This document shows positions 1 through 12,289 of a stretch of DNA of 64,000 bases, piece after piece; position 1 is the stretch's first letter, and each line of letters begins with the position of its first letter. The notes beneath the pieces were generated by a model. That model did no database searches. It worked only from the letters and a program-made list of their open reading frames with translations, and was not told where the DNA came from. A program made the translations under genes and the position numbers. This DNA is from Fistulifera solaris. Lineage: Eukaryota. The stretch is taken from assembly GCA_030295235.1 (NCBI GenBank), contig AP026124.1:1364001-1428000 (forward strand). The letters are read 5' to 3'.

Positions 1-120
1 TCATTTATTTTTATCTTCATTATTATTTGATGTAAAATCCAAGTCAAAGAGCTGCAAAAAAATTCTTTAATTGCCAACAAAAGAAATACGGTGGTCTATG
101 ATATATATATTTGTCAATCT

Positions 121-1340
121 ATGCCGGAAGCCCGCAAAATGAATTCACAGCACAAACACTGCTACCTCGACTTCGACTTGGACGACACACGTTACAAACT
201 GGGTCAAGCGGCTGCCTTTTGTCATGCGACGAACCAACGCTACGGTTTCAGCTCGCCCGACTTGCGACAACTGGGAGGAAGCGAGTTGAAACGGATACCT
301 GATTATTTGGAAAATGATCACGAGTGGAAGGGCACATCCATAGCTCTATTGCCGGTAAAAAGTTCTCGTATCGTCTTGCAGCTGAAATGGGATGTCGCGC
401 CTTTGGCTTGTGAGAACTTTCTTGCACTGTGCTGTAACGATGAGAAGCAAATAGGGCAATCAGGCAAGCCATTGACGTATCGCAATTCAACGGTTCATCG
501 AGTTATTCCGAAGTTTGTCGTTCAGGGAGGCGATGTAAGTCAACAACATCTGGCTTTTTCGCTGTGAAGGTCAATCTCACATTACCTAATTCTTGCGATC
601 ATATTACTGATTAATTGTGTACCATCAAACAGATTGTTTTCGGAAACGGTAGTGGAGGAGAATCTATATTCAATGGGAAGAAATTCAAAGATGAACGACT
701 TGGTTTGTTGTTGAAACACGATCGGCGTGGAATACTTAGTATGGGAAATAGTGGAAAGAACAGCAATACGTCCCAGTTCTTTATTACTTTCGATAAGGCG
801 CCACAGTGCGATGGTAAACATGTTATTTTCGGTGAAGTAGTCAGCGGATGGGATGTTTTGGACTCTCTGGAAGGCACGGGAACGCCCAATACGGAAACCC
901 CACAAGTTTCTATTAAAATAACCGATTGTGGTGCTTGGACTCCTTTGCAAACCCCTGGTGCTGGATACTGGTACGATCAACCCGACGAGAAGAGCTACTC
1001 AGGTATTTCACCTGTCTTTGTGGTGCGTCCCCGAGTGGCCATTTTGGCCCCGAATGACCAAGTGGCAGATAAATTCAAAGTAGCTCTCGAACCAGTATGC
1101 ACTGTTGTTACGGCTACAACAATCGGCACCATTAATACATGGCTTCAATGCTATGCAATCGATCTTCTTGTTGTGGCTCCGGCTTGTGAAACGGAAGCGC
1201 ACCAACTTACTCTACCCTCGGATTGGGGAATCACCACAGAACATACCATTCTCATTTCCAAACCGATAGACGCACTACAGAATATACGATCGCATTCATG
1301 GTTAGTCTCGAGAAACTGGTCACTCGACGGTGCAATATAG
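121..1340 (+). CDS. Cyclophilin-type peptidyl-prolyl cis-trans isomerase with N- and C-terminal extensions; 2 exons (intron 535-632)
   Basis: Motifs ACENFLALC, HRVIPKFVVQGGD|IVFGNGSGGESI, SMGNSGKNSNTSQFFIT and DGKHVIFGEV. The GTAAGT...CAG intron joins the two ORFs in frame. Start is ATG 121 or 139. Confidence 0.93.
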
Positions 1341-1410
1341 GAAGCTGAAACGCAATGAGGCAGAAGTCATGTTGACGACACATTTCTAAATTACTTAGAC
1401 GTACTCTATC

Positions 1411-4400
1411 TCAACTGGATGTGAACTCGAACAATTTTGGTAACTGAGCAGCCAGCGTCCACACACTTTTCTCCAGAGGGTTACCACGAAGACGTAAGCG
1501 CTCTAATTCCGTGCAATACAAAAATGAAGGCGGAAGCTCCCGGAGCTTATTGTCTTCAGCAGCAAACAGCGATATGACCGGTAGATCTACGGTGTTAGGG
1601 GAGACGGGCAAGCTTGTTTTTACTTACGCACATTGACTTCAACGTCTTTATAAGGAACGATGACTGAGGAAGTTCTTCAAGATCATTCTCGGAGAGATCA
1701 AGGCTCTAAATACCCGCAAACAGATTGAGTGTTAGTATAGATACAAGCAACGAACAAGGAATTACTTCGCGTACCTCAATGCAAGAAAAGTAGATTCCAA
1801 ACTGATCTGGCAGCAACTTCAGACCGGTTCTCGTCAGAGAAAGCTTATTAATCGATGTGCCAATGACAAGGAGTGAATGAGGGATGGGGGAAATAACTCC
1901 GGAACATGGACCTCGTGATCCTTGACTGACAAGCTTGCGATCAAAGATTTTGAATTCCATCTGGGGCAAATTGTCTTCCACTAGTCGCTCATGAATACTC
2001 TGGAACACCAACCCGATTTCCTCGATTGGTTGATCTATCAAGGCGGATGTTAGATTCCAATCATTTGCAAGAACAACATGGTGTGGACGAACACCATAGT
2101 TTGTAATTAGTAATGCGAGTAGCTCGTGTAGCTCTGCCACATCCAGAGGGAGCTGGTAAACCCCTTTCAATGCGACTATTCGATCAGCTGGCTTCGGCAG
2201 GGAGGCTTCAAGTTGCAGCAGCTGGGACCACATAATTTCAGAAACGATTGACAAAGGAGACGGCACATAACCTCCTAGACATTTCTCGAGCCTGACAACG
2301 ACGCGATCATAAGCGCTAAGCGTAGTACCAAGGGCCACATTCGCCGCCAGAACCGGAGACAATAAGAATTCCAATGATGGAAAAAAAGAACAAGATTTTT
2401 GAATAGAGAAGAGGAGCTTGTCAACTGCCACCCAAACGTCAAGTATCTGATTTCGGACACCTTCAATATGTGAATCCATTTTCAATTCGATTGCGACGGC
2501 CTCGATGGTTCCCAGTATTAATTGCGATATCAGCATAACGCCCATGAGAAGGACATCCTTGGTATGTTGGCCTAATCGTAAGCTTCGCTCGACAAACTGC
2601 TCGAACCAGCGCAATGACGGCTTGATCACATCCTTAACAAGCTTATTTGGCAGTTTGATCGCTATTACATCTCTTCGAAGCTGCCGGGTTTTGGCCATGT
2701 GACGGATGAACTGAGGTAGATATTCCTGTAAAGATATACTCTGTCGAGCGTCGTTTTCCACCGCATCCGGAAGAAAGTAAATAAATACTCGGTCCAGTGG
2801 TTGATCCCCATCAACTTCATCAATATGAGTCACCTCCCTTTCCATCGCTGCAAGTGTGCGTAAGATATTAACAATGCTTTCATCGTCGATCCTAGGCATC
2901 ACGAATTCAAGAAGACAAGAAATAATAGCAAGGTGCTCTTGAGTCCGATACGCCACTTGAAAAACACTATCTCCTGGTTCTGTTTCCAAAGCAAACGCCC
3001 TCTGTTCAAGCTTATTGATTATGCGGACGATTATGGACGAAAATCCCACAGTTGATTCTCCAAGCGAAGGTCTGTCTTTCTCGAGATTTTCACTCCATTC
3101 AGTGGAGAAATCAAGTATAGCCCGTGACACGTCAAATCTGCCTGCGTGGATACAAAGCCTTACCACCTTTGTTAGTCGGACTAGGAACATCAAGGCTTCT
3201 ATTGGAGTCTTAGCGCGTTCAAGCTCTACAAATATAGATTCTTGTTGCTCATCCAAATGAAAATCACCGCCTTCTAGAAGCTTCTTGAAGGATACATTAT
3301 CTTTCGTTGTTTGCTCCATCTGCTTCCGTGAGAGCCACGTTTTGTCTGCCTTGTTGATAATGTCATACTTTTCAAGCACGGGCAATAGAGCATAGTCTTC
3401 AAACCCCGAGTTTGCATTATCGGAGCTGCTCAGACCCACTTCAGGAAGAAGTATAAAATCTTCTTCGAACGCTTTACCCGCTTGCGGTGTTGGCGAAATA
3501 GCTGCATGTCCCTTTCGATATTTTTCTTGAAATTTCGAGATCGCTGGGAGTTGAAGTTCGTCTTCAGGTTCCACTACCAGTGATAAAAGGAGATGCGGAA
3601 GAGGGAGGAACTCTCGGGGGAGTACTCGACCAAAGCTTCTTGGTTGAAGATGCTGATATGCACAATATTCGTCTTGACATTCACCAGCTATTTCATACGG
3701 ACAAATGGGAATATAGGGATCAAATCGATCATTGGCTGACTTCAATAAGCTGTTGGAAATTCGATCAGATGAAATAGGTCGTGTTTCACTCCGCCATGTA
3801 TCGCTTATAATGAGCCGCACATCCAAACATGTGTTCCACATAGATTCTCGCCGCCAACGCCAACCGTTGGCTACTTTGTCAACGGCCAGAGTTTCCATAG
3901 CGTTGATATGAAGGAAAGACTTAATTTTCTCTTTCGTGAATAGGACCGAGCCGAAGGTCGCTAGTCGAAAAGCCGGATCTCTTTTCGACATCCACAAAGT
4001 ACACAATCTATCGAGAGCAATGTCGGCAAGGTGAAGAGTGTGTCCTGATCGATGTTGCTCAATTGTATTTCGAACTTCTTGGACTGAACTTGAAGAAGAG
4101 TATGAAAACGTTTTGTCCGTGTCTCGGTTCAAAGAAGCCGTGGATTCACTTCCGGCAAGTTCAACAAGATCATCTAAAGATATCTCATCTGTCGTGGTAA
4201 GCATTTGGAGACGTTGCTCTGCCTTCGCCAACAGCTTCGTCATTTGTTGTTGCAGTTTCCGTTTCCTTCCCAGCGTTAAAAGAAGTTCCTTCTTCTTCGC
4301 CACTAACCGGACGACACGCTCTTCTTTTTCCCGAAGGTCGGCGACTGCTGTATCTTGTTCTTGTTGCAACGATTTGCGTCGATCTGCAATGTTTTTCAAC

Positions 4401-5875
4401 ATGGCCTCCAACAGATATATCTGTTCTTCCAAACGCAAAGCGTCTACTTCAGACGCTGACAGCCCCACAGTTGACGCATCCTCATTCGTGTGCGTCTCGC
4501 TCTGTGACCTTCCTGAAGGTGAACCCACCTCACTAGCTATCTCTGGTATGCTGATATTCTTAGGAATACTCGGACCGGACGCATTGACAGCCTTTTCTTC
4601 GACGGCGGCGTCAACTTGTACCTCTGTCATCGACTTCGAGTCAAAAAGGTGTTCTTGCGTCAAAGTAGAAGGTCTAGTATCAGATTCGTCCATTTTTCGT
4701 TGCGTTTGCCCCGACATTGTGTCTTTCCTTAAATCATCGACTAGCGCCTGTATGACTTGCGCGTACCTTGGATGCCCATTGATGATGCACGCCGCTATTT
4801 CGCCTGGTTGCGCTTCAAGAAATTTGGTGAAGAATGGTGCTTTGCGATAAAGTACAAATGGGATCTCTTTCTTCACACAATCTCTCAGTATAGGGACTAG
4901 AGGGTTTTTGGCGACTCGCTTTGGCCTTAGAGCTAAGACGAGGTGAGGCCGGCCCTCTGCCACCAACTGACGCACGTTGTCAATACCAATTATCAATGCG
5001 GACTGGCTACCATCACTGCTGTCAAGATTGGCGTTTACAGACGGAGGTGCATGGTCTAGAGTGCGTATCGTTTTTATTATCGTTGGTAGTGCCGGCGGTG
5101 TAACAGCTCGAATTCGTAGAACGTCAGCCATGACAATATTCTGAATACCCTCAAGTTGATGATTATCAGCTTTTCTGACTTTTTTCAAACAAATGACTAA
5201 AACTCGGGATGCATCTTTCTTTCCGAGTTTGTCGAAGTTCTCTTCCACAAAAGGATTAAAAACGTTAGGGGGAGCACTCACTAGGGGAACAGTGAAAGAA
5301 CGACACAGAGCTTCGATCTGAGAAAGGAGAAATGATTGCTCGCTTTTACTGCCTGTACTTTTTCGGCAAACAACCAAGCCAGTATCGATTAATTTTAGCC
5401 GTAGCCAGTCATTCATCGCATCCCTATCACCATCATCGAAACAAACCAGCTGATACTCGGGGTCTTCTTCAACCGCATATTTCTTGAGCAGCGCTACCCA
5501 AAGCGGATGAACATGAGCAGGGGTTGCTTCTTCATAATTCTTTTGCACAGCTTGGGCCGTCTGCGGCGTCTTATTTACTTTTCCACCCGGAGAAGCTTTT
5601 TGCGACATCTGCTTTACTTCCTCACCTTTTGACAGCTTCTTTTCTTTCTTACTGAGGGGAACTTTATGCGGCGTCTGGTTTACTTTCTTTTGTGGGGGAA
5701 CTTTTTGCGGCGAGTCGGCCGTCAAATCGACAACATCACCCGTTTTCTCGCGGTCCACTTCTACTCGTTTCCTCTTCTTACTATCCGTATTTCCGTCTGC
5801 TGTCAGATTGATTGTGTTCTTTGCTTTATTGTTTGTGGCATCGTTATTCATCTTGATATCCTTTCTATGAATCAT
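1411..5875 (-). CDS. Large multidomain protein: L7Ae-like segment, coiled coil, C3H1 zinc finger (ZFC3H1/Red1-like), C-terminal LRRs; intron 1706-1774; probable frameshift ~1598-1601
   Basis: 1396-aa ORF containing ICPYEIAGECQDEYCAYQH. LRR repeats LSLTRTGLKLLP / SLDLSENDLEELP / AAEDNKLRELPP / LRLRGNPLE continue after the GT-AG intron. First in-frame ATGs are at 5875 and 5851. Confidence 0.75.
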
Positions 5876-5949
5876 GACCACATTTGCGGCGACCACAACA
5901 TGACTGCGATGTGAATGAAAGGATGCAAAATTATACCAGGTACCGGGGA

Positions 5950-6117
5950 AGGACGTTAAAATTCTGCCTCCCAGTACAAGATTCTACGTAGCGCCCACGA
6001 CGAGGCAGAATTTTAACGCCGTTTCGGGTACCGTACCAGGACAGGACGTTAAAATTCTGCCTCTTGTACAAGATTCTACGTAGCATCCACGACGAGGCAG
6101 AATTTTAACGCCGTTTC
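5950..6117. repeat. Two direct copies (~75 bp) of a hairpin module with perfect 17-bp inverted arms
   Basis: CGTTAAAATTCTGCCTC at 5954-5970 and 6047-6063; its reverse complement at 6002-6018 and 6094-6110; near-identical 30-31 nt spacers. Confidence 0.95.
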
Positions 6118-6291
6118 CAGGTACTCCGTAATAAAAAAGGGGCGAGTAGAAACCAACGTATTGAAGTCGTACGGGGTACTGTCGCTTCCTACATTTGAGG
6201 CCACAATTATGTGGTAAAAACTATGAAGCTAAGGTGTGTCAACAAACCAACCATTGAAATTGCTGCGATGGTTCAACTCTCGTAACTATCT

Positions 6292-8361
6292 CTATACTTG
6301 TTCATCTATTCGAAACCATGATTTGGTGATACGCTCTAGATCAGCCCCAATATCTTCATGATTCCGTAAAATACAGGCCACGTGCCCATCGGGGCGGATG
6401 ACAATTGAATACGGCTTTCTTCCGTCTTCAAGAAATGAAAACGGCGATGTCTGCCCAGCCCTGGCTTCACACACAAACAGGTTTCCTGAACCTGCAACTT
6501 TCTTTTCATCGTCAACCAAGTGTACAATTTCAATAGGTAGTTGAAGTCCCTCGCCAAGTCGTTCGGCAATTCGATCAGCCACATCCCATATCCGATTATC
6601 CATCCCAACTGTCAGCAGCACACAGCAAGGATGCTCAGTGCGCTTTAACTGTGATGGAAGATCGGTCGAACTCAGCATTTTTTTAGAGGCAGCGTCTACA
6701 AATTGTAATCCATCGTATTTTTCCTGCCCGGAAATCGGTTCGAGTAGAACGTGGGGAAGTAGATATCCTTGCTGCAGTCTTGGAGAGCTCGCCCACGAAT
6801 CCGTGTGCTGCCTCACGCGTTTCTTGCTCGTCTCAGAATAACCAAAGCCGATTTCAAAACTAGGAAAAAGGAGAGGGAGACCGGCCCCCGATTTTAACGT
6901 CTTTCTCAGTAAGGATACAATATGCCGGGTATACGGCGACTCGAACCGCAACCCAGAGAGCGGAAGCATCACCATCTTTAGACAAGATAGAAACATAGAC
7001 CGTTTTTTAGCTCTGGACATAGGCATGTAATCCATCATGCGAAGAGTTAACTTAGCATGATCCTCGTCCAAGTAAAATGATCGAATGACTTTCACAAGAC
7101 GTTTGTAGTTTCGAATAGAAAGCGCAGCATTTTGTTTTGCAATAGGCTGGCGCTCATCATGATACGATTTCAGAAGATTCCTTATGAGCCCAGGATTACT
7201 TATCTGCCGGTTATGAAACGCGTGAGCGATCTTCCAAGCTAGGTTGTGCGCATCTTGAAGACCCGTATTCATCCCAAATCCTCCAGCAGGAGGAAATACA
7301 TGTGCAGCATCACCAATTAGGGCCACACCATCTTCTGTATAGTAACGTTCGGCAACTTGCGCACTCATAACCCATGAGTTCGACGACACTATCTCCCATT
7401 TCTTCACTTTTTCACCAAAGATGGCTTGAATGGTTTGGTCGAGTCGATCGTTCGAGTAGTCTTCTTGAAACGATTGATAAGGATGAAAGAATGGAATCTG
7501 GATAATATACTCTCCCATAGAGTGACACACAACCATAGATAAGGCTTCTGGTGAAAAAGTAGAATACAACATGGCATGATTCCCATTCTCATGGAGGCGA
7601 GCGGCGTCCTCCGGCGGTAGACGAACATGTACATTCATTAGGTGCTGTAGAGCTTCATCGCCCCGGAAATCAATTCCCTTAGTGCGTCGTATTTTGGAGG
7701 AAGAGCCGTCGGCTGCGATGAGAAGATCGGTTGATATACTTTGCCCGTCCGACGTTTCAACAATATGGCGGGTGTCGCCCAACGGTGCAATCTTTTCAAC
7801 TGCTGTTCCGTAAAACAATGTCGACTCGGGATGTGAACAAGCATTATCGTACAGTATTTTTCCAAAGGTGTGCTGAGCCAGATGCCCAACTGAGCAGACT
7901 GAAAGATCTGCATTGCGTGTGAAACGTTTGACGTCATCGCGTAGGACACCGTTGGCGTCACAGTTTGCTTGGAGTGGCCTGTCTACAGGATGAATGACCT
8001 CAGCCAGCGGCGATTTTTGCGACATATCAGTAACAAATCGAAATGATTTCCATTGATCAACTGGTGACATTGCAAGGAGTACGCTCTTATACACGCTGGG
8101 CAGGCAGTGTTTGAGAATCTCCATGGTTCGAGTATTGAGGAAGTGTGCCTGAGGATGCCGGAAACGTGTCTTAACACACTGTGCCTCAAACACAACATTG
8201 GGAACCTTGTGATTGCATGCTAGTAAATTAGAAAGAAGTAAACCCGACGGACCTCCACCGACAATAACAACAGGGCTGTGCGAGTCACATCGCGGATACG
8301 AGGAAAAGCAATGCGAGGCCTTTCGCGTTCGACGCACCCGGAAAATTACGTGAGACAGCAT
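6292..8361 (-). CDS. FAD-dependent monooxygenase (FAD_binding_3 / aromatic-ring hydroxylase family)
   Basis: VVIVGGGPSG Rossmann motif, ADGSSS, GDAAHVFPPAGGFGMNTGLQDAHNLAWK and C-terminal IRPDGHV. Arg-rich presequence-like N-terminus. Confidence 0.92.
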   Translation of the reverse strand: MLSHVIFRVRRTRKASHCFSSYPRCDSHSPVVIVGGGPSGLLLSNLLACNHKVPNVVFEAQCVKTRFRHPQAHFLNTRTMEILKHCLPSVYKSVLLAMSPVDQWKSFRFVTDMSQKSPLAEVIHPVDRPLQANCDANGVLRDDVKRFTRNADLSVCSVGHLAQHTFGKILYDNACSHPESTLFYGTAVEKIAPLGDTRHIVETSDGQSISTDLLIAADGSSSKIRRTKGIDFRGDEALQHLMNVHVRLPPEDAARLHENGNHAMLYSTFSPEALSMVVCHSMGEYIIQIPFFHPYQSFQEDYSNDRLDQTIQAIFGEKVKKWEIVSSNSWVMSAQVAERYYTEDGVALIGDAAHVFPPAGGFGMNTGLQDAHNLAWKIAHAFHNRQISNPGLIRNLLKSYHDERQPIAKQNAALSIRNYKRLVKVIRSFYLDEDHAKLTLRMMDYMPMSRAKKRSMFLSCLKMVMLPLSGLRFESPYTRHIVSLLRKTLKSGAGLPLLFPSFEIGFGYSETSKKRVRQHTDSWASSPRLQQGYLLPHVLLEPISGQEKYDGLQFVDAASKKMLSSTDLPSQLKRTEHPCCVLLTVGMDNRIWDVADRIAERLGEGLQLPIEIVHLVDDEKKVAGSGNLFVCEARAGQTSPFSFLEDGRKPYSIVIRPDGHVACILRNHEDIGADLERITKSWFRIDEQV

Positions 8362-8754
8362 TTTCTCTCAGTTATCCTCAGTTATCCCTAGAAGTAACAA
8401 TGGCTATATCATGGAAACTCAAATTGTGAATGAAAGAGCTTAAAAAGCGTCAAGTCATATCCATTAGATTGCCATTTTCATTTTCCTTATGAATGACGAT
8501 GCTTGTTGATCGCAAAATCAACCCTCATTCTTTCGGACCACCTGTCGTTTCGGTTTCGCCAATGTGGCGGCGCGGCACCGGATCCGTACGTTATTTTTGT
8601 ACCAGTAATAGCAGCATGGAGTCCCAAATATTTCTTGGCCAACCAGCACTACAGAAAAAATGGCGAAGCCAAAACTGAAGTCACTCTAGCAGTTCGAGAT
8701 AATAGGGTAGTTGTCGGAATCCATGAGAAAAAACTTAAATCGTAACATGGCGAT

Positions 8755-10964
8755 TTATTTACTGCGCCTGGGTGCCCTATACCGAAATTCCGTGGGCACA
8801 TTCATGATCCAAAATTTGGGAAGATTGTTCGACTGAAGTTCTGGAATGGCCAGTGCTAGTGACCGACCGAGATTAGCCTCCTTCATGGCCTCGATTACCA
8901 ATCGACTTACAGCACCCGCCTTGCAAGCCTCCTCAAAAACCGTGCGTATTTTTAGTTCTCTGTCCGATGACCCTGGAATAGTATGTTTGGCAAGGCATCC
9001 AAAATACGCCGCGTATGTATGATGATCGGGAGACGCACCCAAGCCATATACGTCATCGCGTAGCTCCAAGAAAGTTCGCTGAGCGATGGAATACGCATCA
9101 TTTGAAATATCCATGGAATCCATGAAAGCATCCTTCACTTTTCCCGCGGGTCCCACCTCAGAGGAAGGGTAGTTTGCCGCAACTGTGATGACCGATGTGA
9201 AAGGACTGGCTGGGTTCCTCGATGCGCTCATGTCTCCGTTTTTGAAACGAGTCAAAAGCGAATCTAATAAGCCTCGAGCTTCGATGATTCTGTCTGCTTT
9301 CTCCGAATCAGAGTACGCCCTTATGACTATCGCGTACGATTGAAAGTCCGGCCGAACGGACTCTCCCAGAAAACCGTCAGCAAGCTCGTGCTGAAAAGAA
9401 AGCATTTGTGAAGCTCTTTGAGCAGCATCTTTATGAAAACTAGCAGATTGTGACCATGCTGGAGAGGATACGTCGATTGTTAGTTACGAAGTACAAACAA
9501 GTCTCGTTATTCCGCAAAGACATCTTTCTCACCGTTAAGACATGCATTGAACGACGCAACATCAGGGTATATCTTCTCTTCCAACATTTTCTGTAAAATG
9601 TCTTCGCAACGTGGCGCAGCCTCCCGGGTTCTTGTTCTGGACCAGATGTCGAGACAAACGTTGAATCCTAGCACTAAAGCTTTGTCATCGTCATAAATGT
9701 CCTTTTCGTTATCATCGTTCCGTTTCTCTCTCACGAAATCCACCATGTACCACAACACTTGTTCTGCCCGTTCGGCGGCATGAAGTCTCTTCCTCGGATC
9801 GCTTTGCTTGGCAGCCGACCCTTTGAATGCCGCCATAGCTGTAATAAAAGTTCTCAAATCGGGATATACCGTCTCTGATTGCATGATTTCCCTCAAAAGT
9901 TCCATTGCCCGATCCGGTTGCCTCGCGGCTAAAGCTTTCATGGTACTCGTGTAGGATATGATATCAGCGGTAGCAATCTTTCTCTTGTTGTTTGCAGGAT
10001 TTTTCTCGTCGTATGGTACACCGTGATCGCGCTCATATGCCATTGCTTGCTCGTTGTGAGTTTGCTGCAGAGACCTCAGAATAGACAATGCTTTTTCGCC
10101 AGCCTCCGGTGCATTTGTATTCCCCCACGCTGTAATAACGTGGCCGTAGCTTTTGGTGTTCGGTCGAGTGTGCCAGCCAAGTTCTTGGTGGTATCGATTC
10201 ATTTCATGTAAAATACCTTCCGCCATGATGGCTGCTTTTAAATGTGACTTCGAAGCTTGCACTAATCCCACCAAATATGTATTGTACAAGTCAGCATCCG
10301 GTTGACTCAGCGGAGGATCTAGCAACTGTCCACTCCCCAACGTATATAGTTCAGGATTATCACGAGCTGTCTCAAAGACCCGCCGATCAATGATCGCCTG
10401 TTCTACAGCAAGCTGCAACAACTCTTTCATCCGAAAGAATGCGACATTGCGTTGATCCGAAATAACACCCCATCCAAAAACTACCATTTGAATCAAACGG
10501 GAAGGTACAGTTACAACAATTTTTTGTTCTTCTAATAGCCGCCGCTTCTCGACAAACAGACGATCTAAAATATCATGCGCCATTTGAAGTCCCACCAACG
10601 AAGATCCTTGTTGCTTGCGACAGCATTCTCTCATCAGATTTTCAAGTTTGGTAAAGTGATATGGCTGAATCTGTTCGGCTTCTAACAGGGACTCTACACG
10701 GCGCTGTAAGCTTTGGCGGGTATCCATCCAAGGCGGAACCGATCTTATCTCTGCTGATGACGGCGGGCTCGATAAGTCGCGATTGTTGTGCGTTGCTGTC
10801 GAAGAGAGTTTCCGAAAAGCAATTTTGTTTGATGACTGAGACTGAGCGACATGGCTGCTTGGTTCAATAGCACGAAACAATACGATCTCGGTCCTCGAAA
10901 AAGAATTCGACAACAGACGTAGAGATCTGTGTCTGGCTGTTAATTGTGTGATTCGTCCTAGCAT
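8755..10964 (-). CDS. Pentatricopeptide repeat (PPR) protein, probably organellar; intron 9459-9532
   Basis: PPR motifs RPNTKSYGHVITAW, PDLRTFITAMAAF, PDVASFNACLN|AWSQ and RPDFQSYAIVIRAY. The intron restores the frame. Confidence 0.88.
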
Positions 10965-11511
10965 TTCTTAACATACAGATGCCCGTCGGGCACTCCAGCG
11001 GTTTCGACCTGTTGTATTATAAATGTTCTTAAAAATCCCCTGTATCGTAGGTTGAAATGCAAATTCATTTTTCATCCATCAAGTTGTTTCTTTTAGTGAA
11101 GAGAAGAGAAGACTAAAAAAATAAGAGCGGATGCGAGAACGAACGAGATCAAGACGGCCGGCAGGCGATGGACGGTCGGTCATTTCGTCCGACGTCGGTC
11201 AGATGTCAGATCGGTCAGTTGTTCCAGGATGGTGTGACGGTGTGACCTTAATTCGCGGGAAACGCCTTTCGGGAAAGACGAAAGGCCCCAAGCGAATACA
11301 AAGTACATCATACAAGGTACTTACCAGGTATAATACGGAGTACTCTGGAGTCTGGAGCAATGAATTTAGGTGGGACTTCGGCGGTCGGCAGTGGAGTTTT
11401 TTTCCGGGCCCACGCATCTTTCATTTTTCCCCACTTCTCCAGTTCGGGCTTTATATTACTCCGTACTCCGTGCTTTCCCTCACAAGTCCATTTCTAACTC
11501 ATAAATACATC

Positions 11512-12051
11512 ATGACCTCAACTGAACACTCTTCTCATCTTTTTGCACGTATCGGAGGACCCAATGCAGTGCGGGATATTGTAGATGAGCTTGACAAAGT
11601 CGTCTCGAACGACCCGGAGCTCATGCGGCTCTTCGACGGTGTCCGACTTTCGCTGATAAAAGTTCACCACCATATGATTCTTCGAATGGCTTTTGAGGGA
11701 GTAACAGTAGAAGCCGAGAGATCGATTCTTTTGAATCATAAGCGTCTTTTTGTTGAAAAAGGACTGAATGGAGACCACTTTGATGCGCTATGCTGCCACC
11801 TCGTCGACGCCCTGGAGCGTTGCAGTGTCGCGCATGAACTTGTCGAAGAAGCCGCTGAAAACATCAGTAAACTGCGCGACTTATTTGAAGACGGAGAAAC
11901 TTCTTGTCAATTTATTCAAACGGAGGAAGAGATCCGACAAGAGCAAAATCTCGAAATCAAGAGTCCTCTGCGGAGTCCCCGGAAAAATCGTAACGTGTCG
12001 GTGAGAGGTGCCTTGCGTCACATATTCTCCCCTTCCGCTCATGCTGCCTAA
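11512..12051 (+). CDS. Truncated (2/2, group I-like) globin
   Basis: LFARIGG..AV..IVD, DPELMRLF, NHKRLF.EKGLNGDHFD match truncated haemoglobin motifs. The upstream part of ORF 11131 looks non-coding. Confidence 0.8.
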   Translation: MTSTEHSSHLFARIGGPNAVRDIVDELDKVVSNDPELMRLFDGVRLSLIKVHHHMILRMAFEGVTVEAERSILLNHKRLFVEKGLNGDHFDALCCHLVDALERCSVAHELVEEAAENISKLRDLFEDGETSCQFIQTEEEIRQEQNLEIKSPLRSPRKNRNVSVRGALRHIFSPSAHAA

Positions 12052-12289
12052 ACGATTGAAATTAGATATAGACGCTATAGAATGATGCGCATGCCAATTT
12101 CAGTCGTATAAATTTTAATTTTATCTAGAGTTGCGTGCTGTTATTTCCAGTTTCAAGTGTGAGTCGCCAAGTGACCTTCGGTGTACTTTACATCGCGGAC
12201 AAAAAGTACGGAATATGAAAAAAGAAAACGGTCCAAAACCATCCAACGTCATAACATTAAAACATCCGCATTATCTTCTTATAAAATCG

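Noticed and set aside
4038..4850. 270-aa plus-strand ORF
   Set aside because: Antisense shadow of the coiled-coil region of the large minus-strand gene.
11131..11511. N-terminal extension of the globin ORF
   Set aside because: Contains promoter-type motifs and low-plausibility coding sequence; ATG 11512 fits the globin start.
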